Positions 57,105-64,000 of a stretch of DNA of 64,000 nucleotides are shown here, piece by piece (positions within the stretch are counted from its first letter, which is position 1; every line of letters begins with the position of its first letter). The stretch comes from Emiliania huxleyi CCMP1516 (taxonomy: Eukaryota): contig NW_005201113.1 in NCBI RefSeq assembly GCF_000372725.1, positions 1 through 64,000 on the forward strand. The letters are read 5' to 3'. The notes beneath the pieces are model-generated. The model was not told the origin of the DNA, ran no database searches, and saw nothing but the letters and a program-made list of their open reading frames with translations. The translations under genes were made by a program, and so were the position numbers.

Positions 57105-59168
57105 ATGCCTCCGTCCGGCGACTCCAGCCCGAGACGCAGCCTCTGGCCGCTGCGCCGAAGGCGGCGCCCGCCGGCGCGCGACGGGCCAGCACCGCAGCGC
57201 TTCTTCCTCCCATCGTTGCAGCTGGACGCCGGCCGCGGCGCCCTCGTCGGTCCCAGCCTCGCCGCCCTGTTTGACATCGGCCCCGAGCTGGGTGCGGGGC
57301 GCACGGCAGTTGTGAACCTCGCGGTGCGAAAGGCGGGCGGCAAAGCGTGGGGTAGGAGCGCCCTCAAGCGCTTCTCCGTGGCGGACCTGGCGGAGCATGA
57401 GGAGGATGCAGAGATGCTCCTCGCCGAGGTGGCCATCCTGTCGGCCGTGCCGCCGCATCCCGGCCTCGTGCGGCTGCTGCAGGTGGCGTGTACGCCGGCA
57501 GCGGTGGCGCTCAATCTCGAGTACATTTGCGGCGGAGACCTCTTCGCCTACATTCTGGAGGCTGGTGGGCTGGACGAGGCCGAGGCGCGGCCGCTCTTCG
57601 CGCAGATTGTGGCCGCGCTCGAGCACCTCCGCGCGCACGGGATCTGCCACCGTGATGTCAAGCCTGAGAACTGCTGCTTCGCCGACCCGATGCGGCGAGT
57701 GATCAAGGTTGTGGACCTTGGCGCCGCCGCATTCATCTCTAGCGCCGGCTTCACCTCTCTCGCCGGAACGCCGCTCTATGCGGCTCCCGAGATCTGTCCG
57801 TGGTACTTTGAGACGGTGCGCTCTGCAGACCGCCGCCCGGTCGACCCGCGGCTCTCCGTCTCCGCCTTCTCCTCGCCCAATAGCTCGCCGCCCGACACAC
57901 CGACGCCACAGCTGAAGCAGCGCAACGACGTCCAGCCGCCCGCTGCCGGCGACGCACCGCGTAGATTCGACGCGCTGGAGAGTCAGACCATACCGGCGCC
58001 GATGCCTCCGACGCCCACGCTCGAGGCCGAGTTTGGGCCTGGGAGCGGCGCGGGGAGCGTGAGCGGCTCTCTGCAGCCGTACGGGGCGGAGGTGGACCTG
58101 TGGGCGTTGGGAGCCACCCTCTACGTCATGCTCTCCGGCGAGCCGCCCTACGACCAATCGCTCGAGGTGAGACGGGACAGGGCGGAGATGAGGCAGGTTG
58201 GGCCCCGACACGTGAGACCGACTCATTCCTCCCTCTCCCCCTCCTTTCCCGTTAGGAGGAGGAGCTCTTGGAGCAGATCTGGGCGACCCCGCCGACAGGC
58301 TTGCGAATGAGAGGCGCAAGGAGAGGAAAGGATCTCCCGCGCCTCACCCTACGTCCTGTCCTCATCAGGCGTGCCAATGTCCTCCGCGGCGTGGCGCGGT
58401 GTCTCGAACGAGGCCATGCGGCTAATCCTGAGCCTCATGTCACGCCGCCCGGAGAGCCGCCCAGCCTACGCTGCGGTTCGGGCGCATCCGTGGTTCGCTC
58501 GCGTTGCTGCTTCAGGCCCCTCGGTCGGCGGCGCAGAAGCGCGCGCGTTGCCCTTTGTCCCTCCTCCGAGGCCGCCGGGTCTAGAGGATGCGACGGCGCC
58601 GCGCGGCTCGACGCCGCCGCCGCAGTCCTCGCTTCTGCCCGCCCCGAGCTTGGCACCGCCCTCGCTGTCTATGCCGGCGCTGCCGCTGGCGCCAACTGTC
58701 AATGACCCCGAGGTCGAGGAGGGGCTCGCGTTTGTATGCACCACGCTCGACCCGAAGAGAGTACACGATTTGGCGGGCGATTTGCAGCTCCTTCTACTCC
58801 CTGAGCCGCACGCCATCGGGAGGGTGCGAGCGGTGACACTGCGCTTCGATGGGAGAGGCGGAGTGACTCCGCTGCCGCACGCCACGCCATCGCCGCTCGC
58901 TGTCACCGCCTGCACTCGCCTCGGTCTCCTGCGCTGGGCTACCGGAGAAGGGCCCTTCACTCCGGCGGCCGACCCGGCGGTCGGTTCCTTGGCGCCGCGC
59001 CTCGTCAGCGCGCTGGCACCGGAGAGGAGGGCGTTTCGAGCGTGGCTAGCAGAGAGACGAGCTGGCGAGAGGGAGTGTGTGGCGCCTGTGGGGCGCAGCC
59101 CGAGGCGCGTACCCTCCTTCGCGAAGCTGCGAGGCCGCGCTGCTAATGGTACTCCACGCGACCACTGA
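57105..59168 (+). CDS. CAMK-like Ser/Thr protein kinase (multi-exon)
   Basis: LGAGRTAVV, ALK, HPGLVRL, LEYICGGDLF, HRDVKPEN, DLG, GTPLYAAPE, DLWALG..LYVMLSGEPPY, RP....HPWF. Confidence 0.92.
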
Positions 59169-59460
59169 CCAGAGTTTTCTAAAGATCGCATCGATATCTC
59201 TCTCACGCCGCACATGCTCTCTAGAACTCACACGGGAGGATGAAAGAAGGGAGAGGAGGACGAGCGGCCCGCACGCAGCTCGAGCCTCGACGCTCGCAGG
59301 CAGCTGGCAGGCTGCGAGAGCAGACAGCGCCTGCTGGCCATTTCGAGACATTCGCCAAGAACGCTAGCTACATGGGAGGGCTTCGTGAAGGATGGATTGA
59401 AAAACATTCGAACAAAGAAGAGGCGACGGGAGGAACCAGCAGAGGATGCAGTGACGTGAC

Positions 59461-59513
59461 ACCCCCCCCACACACACACACGCACACACCGACACACACA
59501 CACACACACACAT
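59461..59513. repeat. (CA)n microsatellite
   Basis: Direct observation. Confidence 0.9.
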
Positions 59514-59674
59514 AGGCTGCCGACACACTCTCACGCGTCCACGGCGCTCGGACTGGATGGAGCCGGGCGGGACTGGCGAGCGAGCGGGCTGTGTTGCACT
59601 TCTCGACCACAGTGGTGTACCTGTGTTAGTGCCAGTGCTACAGCTTGCCTCAGAGGAAGACATGCTCTGCTGTA

Positions 59675-62266
59675 TCATGGGGAACGCGGTGCGCCTGCGG
59701 CGGGCCGCACCACCACCCTTGGCAGCACAAAGCTGCGCCAGAGGTCCGCCAGCCCCGGCGCCGCCCCCTCGCCGTCGAAGCGCTCCTCGTCCCAAGCGAT
59801 CAGGTAGCCCAGCCGCATCACCTCGACCGCCCGCTTGCGAGCCGCCTCCGGGAAGAGCTCGTGCGACTGCGGCGACCACTCCGCCGCCTTGAGGATGAGC
59901 CTGCCCACCTCCACCGCCGCGGCCGCTGGCTCCAGGCTGGCCGGCCTGAGGGAGGGCAGAGGCGTGGGGTGTGTCCAAAGAGAGGATCCGGCGAGTGGGG
60001 GAGAGGCCATAGCGCGCCTCATAGCGAGGGCCTTGGCCTCGCCCGCCACGCGCACGCCGAAGCGTCCCGTCGAAGCGCTCGCGAAAACGACGACGCCGAC
60101 CTTGCCATTCATCGACGGCCGCGAGACGAGAGAGTGGATCGCGACGGTGGAGCCGACGGCCGCAGCGGTCGGATCCGACTCGCCCCACGAGCAGAGGACG
60201 CGCGCCCGCTCGAGGGCCGACGGCTCGCCGGCCGAAGAGTCCGCGCCGCCGCGCAGCAGCGCCCGCGCCCGGTCGACGGTGAGCGCCTGCGGGAAGAGGG
60301 ACAGTGAGCGTGAGGATAATGCGCTCACGCTTCTTCAGCCGCTAGTCTCGGGCACGCCTCGAGGTGCTGGAGCGGCGTCCAGCCGCGGCTGGCGACCAGC
60401 CAAGCGGCGAGGTCGGCGTGGCCGCTGCGGCTTGCGGCCTCCTCGGACGTGCCGAGGAGCGTTGCGGCGCGGGAGGCGCCGTAGGAGGAGAGGAGCTGAA
60501 CGACCTCGAGGTGGCCCGCCGCGCACGCCATGCTCAACGGCATGACGCCGTCCTCCTCGGCTTGGTTGACTGCCGCGCCAGCCTCGAGGAGCAGCCGGGC
60601 GAACTTGAGCTGGCCCTGCTGGCACGCCACGAACAGCGGCGTGACGCCATTCTTCTTGGCTTGGCTGACCGCCGCGCTAGCCGCGAGAAGCAGCCGAGCG
60701 ATCTCGAGGTGGCCGTTCTGACACGCCATGAACAGCGGCGTGGCGCCATCCTGCTTGGCTTGGTTGGCCGCCGCGCTGGCCTCGAGGAGCAGCTGGGCGC
60801 ACTCGAGGTGGCCGTTCTGGCACGCGATGAGCAGCGGCGTGGCACCTTGCTCCTCGGCTTGGTCGACCGCTGCGCCAGCAGCGAGAAGCAGCCGGGCGCA
60901 CTCGAGGTGGCCATTGTGGCTCGCGATGAACAGCGGCGTGGCGCCTTGGTTCTGGGCTTGGCCGACCGCCGCGCTGGCCTCGAGGAGCAGCCGGGCGATC
61001 TCGAGGTGGCCGTTAAAGCACGCGATGTACAGCGGCGTGGCGCCGTCCTCTGCGGCTTGGTCGACCACTGCGCCCGCCTCGAGTAGCAGCCGGACGATCT
61101 CGAGGCGGTTGTTCTGGCACGCAGTGTGCAGCGGGGAGACGCGGCCGTCGTTGGTTTGGCCGACCGCCGCGCCAGCCTTGAGGAGCAGCCGGGCGCACTC
61201 GAGGTGGCCCTCCTGGCACGCCATGAGCAGCGGCGTGGCGCCTTGCTCGTCGGCTTGGTCGACCACTGCGCCAGCAACGCACAGCAGACGGACGATCTCG
61301 AGGTGGCCACTCTGGCTCGCGACGCGCAGCGGCGTGAAGCCGTTGTTCGTCGCTTGGTCGATCGCCGCGTTGGCCTCGAGGAGCAGCCGGGCGATCTCGA
61401 GGTGGTTGTTCTGGCACGCGATGTACAGCGGCGTGCCGCCTCGCTTCACGGCTTGCTTGATCGCCGCGCCAGCCTTGAGGAGCAGCCGGACGATCTCGAG
61501 GTGGCCGTTCTGGCACGCCATGAGCAGCGGCGTGGAGCCATCCTTCATGACTTGATCGACCGCCGCGTTGGCCTCGAGGAGCAGCCGGGCGCACTCGAGG
61601 TGGCCGTTCTGGCACGCGATGTACAGCGCGGAGCCGCCGCGGCTGCCAGTCGTCACCCCAACGCTCGCGCCGGCTTCGAGCAGCAGCCGCACCGCCTCGG
61701 CTTGCCCGTGGCGAGCGGCCAAGGTGAGGAGCGTGTCCTGCTTCTCGGTGTCGAGCCGCGCGTCGAGCTGCGCCGTGAGCGACGTGCCGCGCGTCCCCCA
61801 CTCGGACAGGACGGCGCGCAGCGAGCCCAGGTCGCCCACCGCCAGGTCGGCCGGGAGGCTTTGTGATCCCCAGAAAGAAGAATTTTAGTATACAAGCCCC
61901 TCTCACAGCAGACTGGCTCGGACTGGCACTACAAATGGCACAGCAGGCGACGGCCCCTTACGGGTCGTCAAAGAGGCCGGCGTACTCCTCCGGCCGCTCC
62001 TCCCCCTCCCAATCCTCCCCGGGCTCTGGCTCCTCCTCCTTCGCCCGCGCCCTCGCCCCCCGCCGGCGGCGATTCCGTGCGGCCGTCGCCCCCGCCCCCT
62101 CCCCGCCCCCATCACGGCCGGAGCCGTACCACCCAGCGCGCACGAGGAACGAGGACTGAGCCTCAACCTCGTCCAACCTCACCGCCCTCACGGCGGCGTC
62201 GCACGCCTCAGCCCGCGAAGCGCCAGCAGTATGCGCCGCGGCGTACGCCGCGTCGCCGCGGCGCAT
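59675..62266 (-). CDS. Ankyrin-repeat protein (about 13-14 repeats) with a C-terminal domain
   Basis: Repeated G.TPL..AC.NGHLE..RLLL.A.A.VDQA in 60325-61839, further exons to 59675, and a putative first exon at 61955-62266. Confidence 0.88.
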
Positions 62267-62571
62267 ACTGCTGGCGGCCAGAAAGAAGAAAAACGTCCGA
62301 GGAAGTACCCGTGTGGACCGGAGGTAACAGCAGCAGCAGCACCAGCAGCAGCAGGGCGCGCGGGGGGGAGGGGGGGCGGCGGGTGTGATGGACCCGAGAG
62401 CGATTCGCCTTGGCGTTTGTTCTCCCCGAGAGGCAAGAGAAAACCGAGTCATATCTCCCCGAGATCGCAGCCGCGTGATGAGGCAACTTGAAATTTTGCC
62501 GGCAAGGTTAGCTCCCCGGCAAGGTTCAAAATTTTAGCTCCCCGGCAAGGTTAGCTCCGGCCATGTGAGGC

Positions 62572-62980
62572 TTGGGCTGAACACAGTTTTCCGGAAAACA
62601 AAAAGGAAAACAGAGGGTCCCCAGCACTTTGCGTTTCCGGAAATTTCCAGGGAAAACAGAGGGTGTTTGGTGCTCCATTCTGGAAACGTTTCCCTGAGTC
62701 TGAGAGCTGGTCTGGGGCAAAATCTGAGGCAAAATTGAAGAAATCGACAAAATACCCAGGCGGTCGCAGGGTAATTTCCAGGTATACACGGGTTCTCCGC
62801 GAAATTCCCGGCATTTTGCCGCTTTGGCCTAAAATTTGGCTGATTTTGGGCCCAAACAGAGCCAAAAATTTGACGATTTCCACGCAGTTTTCCCGGGAAA
62901 ATAGAGAGGAAAAGAGAGGGTGTTGTAAAAAAGGAAAGGAAAACAGACGGGGTGCGAGAGGCAAACTGTGTTCAGCCCAA
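62572..62980. mobile_element. MITE related internally to 50281-50774 but with a different 18-bp TIR
   Basis: TTGGGCTGAACACAGTTT...AAACTGTGTTCAGCCCAA; shared core cagagggtccccagcactttgcgtttccggaa...tccctgagtctgagagctggtctggggcaaaatctg. Confidence 0.85.
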
Positions 62981-63132
62981 TGTATGAGGCTACCGACTGC
63001 ACTCCAAGCACACCACAACACACATTCAATCACTCGCGAGAGAGGAGCACCCACCGTGGGAATTCGGGCCGAGCCGCTTCAGTGACTGTCGTTTGGTAAC
63101 CACCATCTCTCCTCGCCCTGCAGGGGCTGCCC

Positions 63133-64000
63133 TCAGTACTCGACCCTTGCCCCGGCGTAGTCGAAGAAGGCGCCCGAGTCGGAGGGAGAGAGCCCGTCGA
63201 GGACGTCGAGCATCGAAGCGGTGCTGTACTCCACCGTGAAGAGCTTCTCGGGTCTCACGTTCTTCTGGAAGGGCACACTCAGTCCCGTGTCCTACACGCG
63301 CGCGGGGGGGAGGCGGGGGCGATGAGGTGGTTCAGGGCGGAGCCTCGCAGCCCAGCAGCGAGATGTGTCCGTGCCCACGCCTCAAAGAGCGACCGTGGGC
63401 GGGATGACTGGCGGCGCTCTCTCAGCTCGTGCCGTCGCCACTACTGGCTACTCCGGGCGCACCGCGGTGCCGGGGTGCAGCGAGACCGCGTAGACGTCGC
63501 GTCGCCGCAGCTCGATAGCCATGTTGACAGTCGCCATGTTCAGCGCCGCCTGGTCGCGCTTCTCTTCTCTTCAGTGATGGCATTCCTTCTCTGGCGACGG
63601 GACAGCTGCTCAGCGCCGCCTATTCGCCGAGGTGATGCGCCACGATTCGCCGAGGCTCCGAGCCCCAGGATGACCCATGTCCCGGTGCCGCCTTTGACAT
63701 TCGGTACGACCACCAGCCGCCCAGCCTACGGTGCAGTGTTCCGAGAAGGCTCTTCTGACGAAGACAAGACGGTACGGCCCCAGAATTTAAATGCCGGTTG
63801 TCTCCGATCGAGCCGACGCGCGCAGACAGGTTGGCGACGATCGCGCCTACACGACGCGCGTGCCGTACGGCTCCGGAAAGCGTCCGGAAAGCCGCGCGCA
63901 GCACGGGCTGGCGCCGCCCTTTGCGAGCAGCGGCGCGATCGCCTGCGCCATGAGCACCGGCCCGAGTGCGTTGGTCGCAAAGACGCTCTGCATCGCCGTG
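63133..64000 (-). CDS. CsgA/C-factor-like short-chain dehydrogenase, 3' part (5' end outside the window)
   Basis: FATNALGP, ANLSARVGSIGDNRLGGWWSYRMSKAALNM (YxxxK), SLHPGT.DT.LS.PF, SGAFFDYAG. Confidence 0.92.

Overview
GC-rich, intron-containing eukaryotic DNA with four assembly gaps. GC-AG introns, introns filled with 10-11 bp tandem repeats and the gene families present suggest a haptophyte alga such as Emiliania/Gephyrocapsa huxleyi (inference). About 13 protein-coding genes are recognisable: an SF2 helicase with HA repeats, a secreted Ala/Pro-rich repeat protein, a sirtuin, an HPAT-like arabinosyltransferase, a CCDC6-like coiled-coil protein, a protein with tandem ~71-aa repeats, a double-FHA protein, a glycosyltransferase fusion, a large Cys-rich lectin/beta-pore-former-like protein, a double Zn2Cys6 factor, a CAMK-like kinase, an ankyrin protein and a CsgA-like SDR. 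Between them are many non-autonomous mobile elements: remnants of CRE-like RLE non-LTR retrotransposons, SINE-like elements with microsatellite tails, MITEs, and elements with simple-repeat termini. The strongest signal is that many introns begin with a perfect or decayed copy of the start of the next exon. Several of these enclose the same ~37-bp hairpin insert ending in TGTGAA(C/T)AG, which points to an intron-generating insertion system that makes long target-site duplications. All gene models are hand-derived, and exon boundaries need RNA-seq confirmation.
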